Shown piece by piece: positions 37,431 to 48,305 of a stretch of DNA of 64,000 nt. The translations under genes and the position numbers were made by a program. How positions within the stretch are numbered: the first letter of the stretch is position 1; every line of letters begins with the position of its first letter. The notes under the pieces are model-generated. The model was not told the DNA's origin, made no database searches, and worked only from the letters and a program-made list of their open reading frames with translations. This DNA is from Octopus bimaculoides. Its lineage: Eukaryota. The stretch lies in assembly GCF_001194135.2 (NCBI RefSeq), contig NC_069001.1, forward strand, positions 36,977,754 to 37,041,753, written 5' to 3'.

Positions 37431-38069
37431 NNNNNNNNNNNNNNNNNNNNNNNNNNNNNNNNNNNNNNNNNNNNNNNNNNNNNNNNNNNNNNNNNNNNNN
37501 NNNNNNNNNNNNNNNNNNNNNNNNNNNNNNNNNNNNNNNNNNNNNNNNNNNNNNNNNNNNNNNNNNNNNNNNNNNNNNNNNNNNNNNNNNNNNNNNNNNN
37601 NNNNNNNNNNNNNNNNNNNNNNNNNNNNNNNNNNNNNNNNNNNNNNNNNNNNNNNNNNNNNNNNNNNNNNNNNNNNNNNNNNNNNNNNNNNNNNNNNNNN
37701 NNNNNNNNNNNNNNNNNNNNNNNNNNNNNNNNNNNNNNNNNNNNNNNNNNNNNNNNNNNNNNNNNNNNNNNNNNNNNNNNNNNNNNNNNNNNNNNNNNNN
37801 NNNNNNNNNNNNNNNNNNNNNNNNNNNNNNNNNNNNNNNNNNNNNNNNNNNNNNNNNNNNNNNNNNNNNNNNNNNNNNNNNNNNNNNNNNNNNNNNNNNN
37901 NNNNNNNNNNNNNNNNNNNNNNNNNNNNNNNNNNNNNNNNNNNNNNNNNNNNNNNNNNNNNNNNNNNNNNNNNNNNNNNNNNNNNNNNNNNNNNNNNNNN
38001 NNNNNNNNNNNNNNNNNNNNNNNNNNNNNNNNNNNNNNNNNNNNNNNNNNNNNNNNNNNNNNNNNNNNN

Positions 38070-38118
<49 letters not shown>

Positions 38119-38765
38119 TATATATGTATGTATGCACACATACACACATACTCTAGCAATGGACCCCGGCGTTGCCTGGGTATTATGTCCGACAGCTACT
38201 TTATGAACATATCTTTCGGTTATTTCCTCATGAACAACGCTGCAGTTTCCGTCGACTAAATTCAGTCACAAGTCTGTGGTTGGCCTAGGGCTATAGTAGA
38301 AAACACTTGCCCAAGGTACCATGCAGAGGTACTGAACGTAGAACCATGTGGTTGAGAAGCAAACTTCTCAACCACACAGTCATTCTTGCACCTAATACGT
38401 GTGTATGTGTTTACTTTTGTTGTTAAATCGAGTATTGTGTCCCACTGTATCTCAAAGTTAGCAGTTCATCAAGCGGTGATCTATAAAATAAATGCCAGAT
38501 TGAAATACGTACTGAGGTTAGTATGATCAATTAAAATCTTTGAAGGTAGTACCCCATCATGGCGACAGTCGAAAGACTAAACCCAGTAAAATAATGTTTA
38601 AAGACTAAATGGCTTCTAATTTCTAGCATCAGTTAAGAGTTTTATGGGATATAAAACTTTATTTTACCTAATATAGTTTTAGAGTTTTACTGTAAGCTAT
38701 TTTAACCTTGACAACAAAGCGGCGAGCTGATAATGTTGCTCACACAACATCTTCAGAAGGAAGAA

Positions 38766-40330
38766 ATGGAGGTACAGGCGCAGCAGCCCAGAGAAGACAT
38801 GGAAGCTTTGAGAAGGTTGATTCAAGTTCAAATTTCCGAAAAGTATTCTAGTCCAAGTTCCCGTCTTACAACTTCTTCAACTGCTATCCTACCATTTGCT
38901 GCTCTTGATTAAACATCAGAATTGTGGCCTGATTGCTGGTCAAGATTCTGCATTTATGTTGAGACCAACACCAAGCCTGACCAGCTCAAAGCTCAAGTTT
39001 TCGTGACGAATCAAACCGCTGACTGGCGAATCTGGCAACGCAATAGAGTCCGCCCAAGGATATTAATGAGTTGATGATGGAGGAAATTGTCAACTTTATG
39101 AAAGAACAATTCGACCCCAAACGTTTCGTTGTGCGAGAACGTTTCAAGTTCTGGAGTAACAGGCAACGGAAGCCAGGCAAAACACTCCAGTAACTGGAAG
39201 CGCATACGTCAAGACGCTGCTACCTGTGACTTTCCTTCGATCACAGACCCTCAAGATGAAGCTCATAGACAGAGATTCATGTATTATGTCAACAATAAAG
39301 CTGTTTTGAAGGCTCTTTTCAAGATCAAGGACACAGAGCTGAACATTGCCCTTGCTGTCCAAGTCGTAATTGAGACCAAAGACACGGCGAAGGCTGCCAA
39401 GGAAACTGTTTACGGTTCCAGGCCTGTCATCAAGATCAAGCAGAGACAGAACAAGGGTCAACGAAAAACCACCAACAGTCTAATTCTACAGACCCTGAAT
39501 TGAAGTGTTACAGATGTGGAAAGGCCCATAAAGTGGCAGACTGCCCCTACAAAGAAGTCAAATGCCACTTTTGTGACAAGAAAGGACATTTGAAAGCTGT
39601 TTGTAAGAAGAAGCAACGGGAACATCGTTCTCAACCTTCCGCAAAAAGAATCATGAAAGCAGAACTCGTGAAAACAATGCTCGGCGAAGTTCCCGACGAT
39701 ACTTTTAGAGTAGTTGCGCCAATCACAATCCAGGACCGACAGCTCACGATGGAACTGAACACTGCAACTATGGGAAATTTGGTTTCTTTGCTGGTCCAGA
39801 AACAATTAGGAAAACCGAAGCTGGATAATGTCAGACTTCGCTACAAGTCTGCCAGCAAGCATGACCTACCCGTGCTGGGAACTTTTATGGGCCAAACCAA
39901 GACGCTGAGAATCTCCGTGGATAATGCTCTTGAACTGAGATGCATAGAGAGTCGAGACAAGTGTAAAGGTGTAAGAACATTGCGTCCTAAGACCTCTAAC
40001 CAGCCTTATGCTTCCCTCAGCACTCAGTACCCCTGCAGCAACGACTCCCATTTAGAATTAAGTTAGCACCTGGTTATTTCCAGGAGATTATGGAAATCCT
40101 AACCAGTGATCTGCCTGGGGTTGCCGTCTTCCAAGACGATATGCTCGTCAGCGGGCAAGACACCAATGACCACTTGAGCAACCCGAGGCGTTTGCTCTCT
40201 CGTCTAAACGACAAAGGACTCAGATGCCGTCGTGAAAAGTGTTTAGGAAAGAGTCTAGATAAGATCCAGTGATAACTAAAGTGATGCGTTCTGTCTGCGA
40301 AGGGTGAAGTACACTGAGACCAACGATGAA
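38766..40330 (+). mobile_element. Gypsy (Mag-like) LTR retrotransposon, internally deleted and degenerate
   Basis: gag with two knuckles CYRCGKAHKVADC and CHFCDKKGHLKAVC; protease-like ELNTA; RT GVAVFQDDMLVSG (FQDD 40129-40140); frameshifts. Confidence 0.88.
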
Positions 40331-40539
40331 GTAATGCGACGAGTCTGTTACATTAGAGGCAACTCTGGGCGAAACAACTCGAGGTTATTTTTGTTGTAAA
40401 AAAGTGTTGTGCAAAAATACATACTTTATTTGGGAGCCAAAAGATTACTGAATCTTTTGATACCTGATACGTCAAAATTGGCAACCCAGTTTTCAAATCC
40501 ATAAGGAACATATGCACACATACACACACATTCTTTTAT

Positions 40540-40935
40540 TCTTTTCTTTTACTTGTTTCAGTCAGTTGACTGCAGTCATGCTGGAGCACCGCCTTGAAGG
40601 GTTTTAGTCGAACAAATCAATCCCCAGGACTTATTTTTTAAGTCTAGTACTATTCTGTCATACTCTTTTGTCGAACCACTAAGTTACGGGGATTACGGGG
40701 ACGTAAACACACGAACACCAGTTGTTAACCGGTGATGGCAAGAAAGGAGGGCGCAAAAACATACACAAAAACACACAGAGGTATATACAAGTGTATATAC
40801 GACGGGCTTCTTTCAGTTTCCGTCCACCAAATCCACTCACAACGTTTTGGTTGGCTCAAGGCTTTTGTAAAAGATACTTGCCTAAGGTGTCACACAGTGG
40901 GACTGAACCTGGAACCATGTGGATGGGAAGCAAGC
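40540..40935 (-). mobile_element. Composite SINE (CORE-like 5' module plus Nin/Deu-like tail)
   Basis: Same head and core, but a different tail ending in ...TGACTGAAACAAGTAAAAG; sister copies at about 17440-17810 (+), 27480-27830 (-) and 36020-36350 (+). Confidence 0.7.
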
Positions 40936-41762
40936 CACACACACACACACACACACATATATAATCAGTTGTAGTTGACTGGTCCAGGTGATGACGTAGG
41001 CACATCTGTTGACGTGTGGATTATTGCGACCGTTGACTGATAAAGACGTAGTCACGTCTATTCACGCCTGGATGGATGAACGACTGTTGCACCAATTGAC
41101 TGTTAACAAAAGGTAAGGACGGAGGCTACTCAATGTATGCTTTTCTGTCTGGCGTCAGACGGTTGTTGACAAAAGAAAATAAACAGCCAATATGCAGATT
41201 AATGTTTTATGCCTCTGGTGCACAACGACTACAACAAATGGCAGATATTCGCTCCATTAGCTTTATGGAAGTCTTTGGATCTTTTCGATTGGCTGCGTCT
41301 GTTTGCCTTATTTAAACTGGAAGCAGGTTTACTTCAGCTGGCGTTTATATTTTACCCACAAATATAATTTCTCTGTTTTAGTTATTTCTTGAAGACAAAG
41401 ACTACAAATCTGTTTTTGTTTCATTCAGTCTGTCAATATTGGTTTTTCTGTCTTTGTAGCGAATATTTAAGGTTTCGAAGACAAACGTTGATGAAACTTA
41501 TGTGTCTTCAGACTTCTTCACAAAGTGTTATGAATGTAGGTGCAAGCAAGGCTGATGGTTAAGACGTTCTATTTGAAATCACTTGGTTTTTGCCCTTTGT
41601 TCTTGTTTTGAGAAGAAACCTAATTTCGAGCAACTTTACAGATCAATTTTTCGACACTATTTTCTCTAAACCTGGCAAAGTATGTGTAGGGATTTCAAAT
41701 TTTCATTTTGCATCTGCTAAAAATTTTAGCGGGTGCTCTCGCACCCTCTGTTCCCGAGCCAT

Positions 41763-41850
<88 letters not shown>

Positions 41851-41851
41851 A

Positions 41852-41885
<34 letters not shown>
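41763..41885. repeat. (TG)n(TA)n microsatellite
   Basis: Directly visible. Confidence 0.95.
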
Positions 41886-41888
<3 letters not shown>

Positions 41889-43329
41889 CAAGTTCAAAAA
41901 AAGGAAAAAACAAAAAAACAACAACAAAAAACCGCAATAAAAATGGCCATTTTAAAGTTTAAATACATCACAAACATATTGGAACCGATTTAGAAGCTTA
42001 TATATCATTTTAATATTATTACACAGGCCTTCTTATTTTATTCTGAAATCACAGGTATATATATCATTCTAGATATTCCCGTTTGTGGTGCTTCTGAAAA
42101 ATAAACAAGCATTGGCATCAGTTTAAAATCTCTTGAATCACTTATTGTCCAAGCACGAGAGTCAAACAGTCTTTTCCGGTCTTGAATACAGAAGCATTTT
42201 TAAAAAGTATTTTCGGAAGTAAAATGTGCAAGATAACATACTTTTGCAGAAAATGCATTTCATCTACTCTGAATATAATTTAATGGGAAAGGAGGAACAG
42301 CTGCCCGCATGATCATAGTCTTAAGAACCAGGAGAAATTTCTTAATGGCCTGGGTGTTTGCACACGCAGTTTCACTAGACGTACGGAGCCATGTAGGTAG
42401 GTTATTAAACCGTCGTTTGAATGTACAAAACAAACTACAACTAGCTGTGAATGTTTGGTAGTTTTCTCATAACTCTTGTGTTTGAAGATGCTTCTGGTTC
42501 TTGCTTTTTCCATTGCAGTAAGTTGACAATAACAGGTTGCATTTCGTTTCCTAGTTCATTCACTTATATAGGAAGTATAATTTCTATATTTGTGGTTCCC
42601 CACGAAAATTTACCCTTTGAACGAGTCACCTTTGTTGAAAAGCAATTATTTCTAATTTAGGCACAAGACTAGCAAGTTTGATACTATCGACCTAAGTATT
42701 TGACTTGTACTTTATTTTATTGAATCCGAGGGATAAAAAACAGGGTCGACCTCGATGAAATTTGAACTCAGACCGTTAAAAGTCAGAAGAAATGACCAAG
42801 GACGCTTGTCCGAAACGTTAATGATACTGCTAATCCAACGTCCTTAAAAGTTTTCATACAAATATCTCGCCATTATGCGTTCTCATAATATACTGTATAA
42901 TGGTTCCAAGTATTGGGAGAAGGCCAGTAATTTTAAGGTGAAGTGTTTCGTCAATTACACCGACCCCACTGCTCAACTGGCACTTTATTTTATCGACCCG
43001 GCTAAGGTGAAAAGCAAAGCTAACCTCAGAACGTAAAGAGCCAGTATATACTATATAATCACCACAACAGATGTGATATGAAGTATGTGGCATTAGTTAT
43101 TAGGGCAAAGCAACGAGTTGGCAGAAGTCGGGGAAGAAGAAAAAATGCCTTGCGGCTTTTCACGTTTTGAGTTCAGATTTTTCTGAATTTAACTCCGTTT
43201 TTCATCCCTCCTGGGTCGATTAGATAAAGTATCGAGGTCGATGTGATCACACCTCTTCCCTTCAAATTGCTGTCCCCTTGGGATTATTTCAAATACACTG
43301 TTACTATAAGTATAGCCATCAATACTGCT

Positions 43330-43580
43330 TTTTCTACTACTTCGCCATCGCCGACATTACTAACTACTAATATTGCTAACGACTACTATTAAAGCCACCA
43401 TTACCACCGCATCTTCTGCTGCCTATTAATACTGCTAAGTCCACCACCACCACCATCACTACTACTATACTAGTGCTACCACCATCATCACCACTTCTAC
43501 TAACACGACCGCTATCACCACCACTTCTAACCATTCATACTGCCACTACTATAGTCACTTACCACTCCTACTACTACTCA
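43330..43580. repeat. ACT/ACC trinucleotide low-complexity tract
   Basis: Degenerate (ACT)n/(ACC)n, directly visible. Confidence 0.85.
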
Positions 43581-46500
43581 GGAAAAATGTAATATTTTGA
43601 GGAGTGTTAATCTGAAATCGATTTCAAATTATCAGCAGTTAAGGTTGTGGCGGGAATAATTTGAAATTGGCTCCCTCGAACACTGGTGGTTTGCAGAGAG
43701 ATGGTGCTCCAGCGTGGTCACAATTCAAATATAAACATGCACGCATTTACAGAGAGAATCTACAGTAACAGTTCAAAGCGAAGCAATGTAATAAGCGGGT
43801 TTTTGTTAGATATTAGATGAAGCGGGTCACAGTATTAAAAGAATATTTAACGAATATCTAGGCGCAGGCGTGGGCGTGTAGTTAAGTAGCTTACTTCCCA
43901 ACCATTGTATTTGTTCCTCACCACCGCTGGACTTACTGGCTTGTTTACGTCCCCGCAACTTAGCGGATCGGCAAAAAAAAACATCAGTAGAATCACTACC
44001 AAGCTTTAAAAATAAGCAATGGGGTCAATTTGTTCGAGTACACCAGTGTTTCTGAACCATTTTTTTAACTGGAGACCCGTTTTATTCTGGTAGACATCCC
44101 GTTGCCATATGGTGTTTAAAAACTAGTCTTATAGTTAATTCTTTCAAAATTCCTATTTTGTTTATCGCACATTAACGTGTATAGAGAAAGAAACTTGGCT
44201 GTTTCTCGCAATACATACATCTGTAGCAAATTTTCTTCATCAGCCCTTAAAATAATACTGTAGATCCAATTTACTAATGCTTGCGTGGACCTCACCACCA
44301 CCACCACCAAATCTTATACTGGCTCAAGTTGAAAATCACTAGACTAAACCTTCTCAAGGCTGTGCTCCAGCTTGACCGCAGTTCATTGACAAACAGATAA
44401 AATATAAAAGATCTACGTATGTAGCACAGGCACAGCATAGCCGAATTAGTTAAGCAGTTTGCTTTGCAGCCATAAGCCACACGGCACCATCCCTCTGCGT
44501 GATATTTTGTGTCGTCTGTCTTTATAGCAGAGACGACAGAACAGTTTTCTAGATAACAAGAAAAATTATCTTGCATTTTTTTTGGTGCGACCCGCTTGAT
44601 AACTGATCATACTTCATGCGACCCACTTCTCGAAAAAAGTTGCCCTTGCCTGCGGGAGAGTGTGATTTAAGGACACACGCCTGCTATTTCTAACAAGGCG
44701 AACGAACTGGTAGAGGTTACTTTGAATGGTGGTGGTGATAGTAGTTGTACCAGTGATAGGTGATCGAAGGATAATGATGGTGGTGGTGGTGGTAGTGATG
44801 TGTCAGTGACCTGACCTCACTCTGACCCCATCCGAAAAAATTTTTATTGCGGCACCTGAAGATCCACCACTTCAGATATCTCACATTAAACTTCGTCACC
44901 CTACCAAAGTCAGGTCAAGTATTACACTCAACAAACAATAATAATTTCATCGACAGAAAGATTTAAGTAAATGAGAGAGATGAAATTTAATCAGATAACG
45001 AGTCGGACCTCAAGATTATCTTATATACATATATACAATAAACAATGTTTTCAGTCATTCGAATATTCGTTCCATCAAAAATATTCAACAGTAACTTGTT
45101 AATATTCAATACCCCCTTTTACTCATTACAAACAGGTAGGTTCACTCCATACTTGTGACCATATTTTAATACTGCCTGCTTATTTCTCTTAAAAATTCCA
45201 AATGCTAATAAAATCTAGGGGGCATCCCGTACAGGCGTGTCGAGCGGCAAAATCTCTTTGTTCAGCATCAGGTGTTCACAATTCAAGTGTTTAAAAAACA
45301 AAAAAAACGTTCTACCTGGTACACTCGAGCTGCTAGGTAAATAAATCTTCCCTAAAAATGCCATGCCCTGTTCTCTTTATTTCCAGATATATTATTAGGC
45401 TGAAGAAAAAGGTCGTGCGCCCTGCTAAAAATAATGCTTTTTTAAATATTTCTAAGGTTTGTGTGTTCATTCTGTCCATTATTTTAACACAGCGCACTTA
45501 CTTTTTCCTCAACCTAGTAATACTGAAAGAAACAAAAAATGACGAGAATCACTATGGTAAGGGGTCTGCGAGATAAGGTTTTTTAATAGAAATTTGTTAA
45601 CTGCCATTAAAAAAAAATAGGGCTTATATATATTAACCAATCTTCACTCTAAAGACGATCCTTTCTTATTTCAATTAAGGCGATGGAAATTAGCTGTAAA
45701 ATTAAGATTCAGGCATAGCTTGGCGGTAACTAGTTCAGTGCCACTATGCGGCACCTCGGGCAAGTACTGCATAGCTCTGGGCTGATGAATGCCTTGTAAG
45801 TGAATTTGGCAGACGGAAACTATGTGGAAGGCTTTCGTATGTTAGTTATCATCACTGTCTGACAGCCACGATCGGTTTGCTTACGTCCCTGTAAAAGAGA
45901 CCAATAATAGAATAAGGACTGAGGCGGATTCGTTCGACTGTATGCTTACCCTATATAGCAGGTAAAATGGGCGAAACAAATAAAAACTACTTCGGCGATT
46001 TGAAAAACCGGCTTCCGCGCTAAAAACTCTGGGAACGGTTACCTGCTGCATGAGAGCGTAACAAAGCTACAAGCAGGAAACGTGTTGCTTAGAGAGAAGC
46101 AGCTGTTTACTTAAAACCCAGGACACCCTATAGGAAACCGTCCCGCCTTTTCTTTTTCGAATTACATTGGCGGTTAGAATATGTGGGAGAATGAACATAT
46201 TCCCGGTTATTTCTAGCAGGTTATTAGTATGGTATGTCACATAAATAAAGTTATCTCCAGTTGTAGTCGGCTTCATTAATTAAAGTGGCGGACACCCGCA
46301 GGTTAAGCCGAGCAGCTAAAAAACTTACAATACAAAGTGGGCGGACACAGCTAATCCGACTGTTACACATGAAACGCATTAAGGATTTGTATAGTGAATG
46401 CAGTCTATAGGGGTCTGCTTTTAGCCGCGTAAAATAAATTTCAGATAAACGATGGATTTAGGAGTGTAATAAAAATTGACACCTCATGAAATAAATTTTA

Positions 46501-47524
46501 ATTTAACAGCAATATATTTTTTATAATGATTGATTCAAGGAAATATGAAATTCGGAATAGCATTCCCATCCCACATGGAAAACCGAAAAAGGGTGGGGCT
46601 TTTCCCTTTATTTTGCAGAGTTGTGGTAGGCAATAAATACTTCTGTTCTCGATCTCCGAACTTTTTCGACCCCAAAAGGTGTATGGGACTTCGGAACAAC
46701 CTGCCTGTCTAAATACCAAGAGTTATGGAACAGACTTTCAGGATGGAAAATACTTAATAACGGCATTGTTTATCTAGTTAATTGATGGGTTAAATTACCC
46801 ATCTTCACAAAAGCTGTTAAGAAAAACCGGGTTGTACCGAACCATCTTTAGTCTGAAGGTTTTTCAAATAAAGAGACTTCAGACGGTTAACAAGCGACGT
46901 TTAGCTGTTACCGCCAGTTGACAGAGCCCAAATAGCCGTACTAGACATAGCAGCCTAATGTTACCGCAATTCCATAGCACCTAAAATTTTCGTTGACAAA
47001 GATATTACTTAACCCAGTAATATACATAGATCTTAGCATGGCGACGCAAATTAGATGGACTAGGCTATCACTGCCTTATGAAGGGACACGGCATTAGCTA
47101 AATCTTGGTGCGAAATATCCCATCACGACAAACGATTCACTAATAAATCATGTAAGTGGTAAAAATCTGCCTAAGTGCCAGGGCTGCATTTGCCCCTAAG
47201 TGCCAACTAGGTATGACCGAAAACTTGTTCACAAGACCTGAAATATTAAGATTGGGAGGTGGACAAAAGCCAGGAAGGAGAACACGAAATCGCATGCGAA
47301 AACCTGACTCAACATCGAAAGATAAACGACATTGGTAAACAGGAGACAAATAAATTAGATGCAAACAAACAGAAAACTAGTAATGGGGGGAATAGAAAAC
47401 GAACGAATAATGACCGAAGCTAACGAGGTAGACAAATAAAAATGAAGAAATTGTGAAAGAAAACTCTTGCGAGGGAGAAAGGCATATCGTGACCGCCCTA
47501 AAATGACTATCAAGAGGGAATAAT

Positions 47525-47540
47525 GGCCCTAAAAAGGGCC
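47525..47540 (-). terminator. Histone 3' stem-loop of H1-a
   Basis: Minus strand CTCAAA-GGCCCT-TTTT-AGGGCC-ATTA, 35 nt after the stop; 6-bp stem, 4-nt loop. Confidence 0.95.
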
Positions 47541-47575
47541 TTTGAGTTATGGAAAATAAAAATGCTTGGGTCAAT

Positions 47576-48118
47576 TTACTTCTTAGCAGCGGATTTCTTG
47601 GCAGGTTTGGTTTTCTTAACTGCAGACTTCTTTGCGGCAGCTTTCTTGACAGGCTTCTTCTTAGCTGGTGCTTTCTTAACTACTGGCTTCTTTTTAGCTG
47701 GCGACTTGGTACCCTTGGGTTTTGCGGGTTTTTTAGCGGCACTACTTTTCTTTTTAGCGGCACCAGTTTTCTTGGTAGCGGTTGTCTTCTTCTTGGGAGC
47801 GGACTTCTTCTTAGCACCTCCCTTGGGCTTCCCAACTTTCTTAACCTTGTCGGATTTAGCTAACTTGAAAGAACCAGAAGCTCCGGAGCCTTTAGTCTGG
47901 ACCAGGGAACCGCTCTGAACACCGTGTTTCAACGAAAGCCTCAAGTTGCTCAGGAACTGAGTGTTATTTTCGACGTTGTTGTTTGTCAGTATGTACTTTG
48001 CAATAGCGGCTCTCGAGCTACCGTTCCTCTCCTTAAGACTTGTTATGGCTGCTTTAATCATCTCCTTGAATTTGGGATGTTTAGCTGGTGATCTCTTCTT
48101 AGCAACTTTCTCAGTCAT
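47576..48118 (-). CDS. Linker histone H1 (here H1-a), 180 aa, intronless
   Basis: Winged-helix globular domain HPKFKEMIKAAI...GSSRAAIAKYI...QTKGSGASGSFKL, then a K/A/P-rich tail; upstream TATA and downstream histone stem-loop. Confidence 0.97.
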   Translation of the reverse strand: MTEKVAKKRSPAKHPKFKEMIKAAITSLKERNGSSRAAIAKYILTNNNVENNTQFLSNLRLSLKHGVQSGSLVQTKGSGASGSFKLAKSDKVKKVGKPKGGAKKKSAPKKKTTATKKTGAAKKKSSAAKKPAKPKGTKSPAKKKPVVKKAPAKKKPVKKAAAKKSAVKKTKPAKKSAAKK

Positions 48119-48210
48119 TGTGGCAGATTGTGGTTTACAGAGAAAAAAGCGATTATATTTACTGAGCGAATGTCAAAAGTGGAATATGAATGGGCAGAGT
48201 ACGGCTGGCA

Positions 48211-48305
48211 ATTTATAGCAAACGCGCCGACGTAGTAGAAGTCACCCGGTCGCTGTTGATATGCACAACGTTAACAGTGAACGTTTTCAATGAGATGTGT
48301 TTACC
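48211..48305 (-). promoter_or_regulatory. H1-a core promoter: H1-box, conserved proximal element, TATA
   Basis: Minus strand GGTAAACACAT (48305-48295), TCTACTACGTCGG (48239-48227), TATAAAT (48217-48211). Confidence 0.85.

Noticed and set aside
38150-38190. Helitron-like 5' end TCTAGCAATGGACCCCGGCGTTGCCTGGG
   Set aside because: Suggestive, but too short and no matching 3' end was found.
37225-38259. Long ORFs containing X runs and YIYI/LSLS/HTHT repeats, here and at the other gaps
   Set aside because: Artefacts of N-gaps and microsatellites.
41100-42660. Possible decayed coding or TE sequence on the minus strand
   Set aside because: All frames are full of stops, and I could not recognise any family motif with confidence.
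47523-47918. Antisense ORFs over the H1 genes (also 47549-47863, 62232-62477, 62390-62761)
   Set aside because: Mirror frames of Lys/Ala/Pro-rich coding DNA; no independent evidence.
48235-48252. TCACCCGGTCG resembling an H4-box
   Set aside because: Antisense to H1-a, imperfect core and not shared with H1-b.
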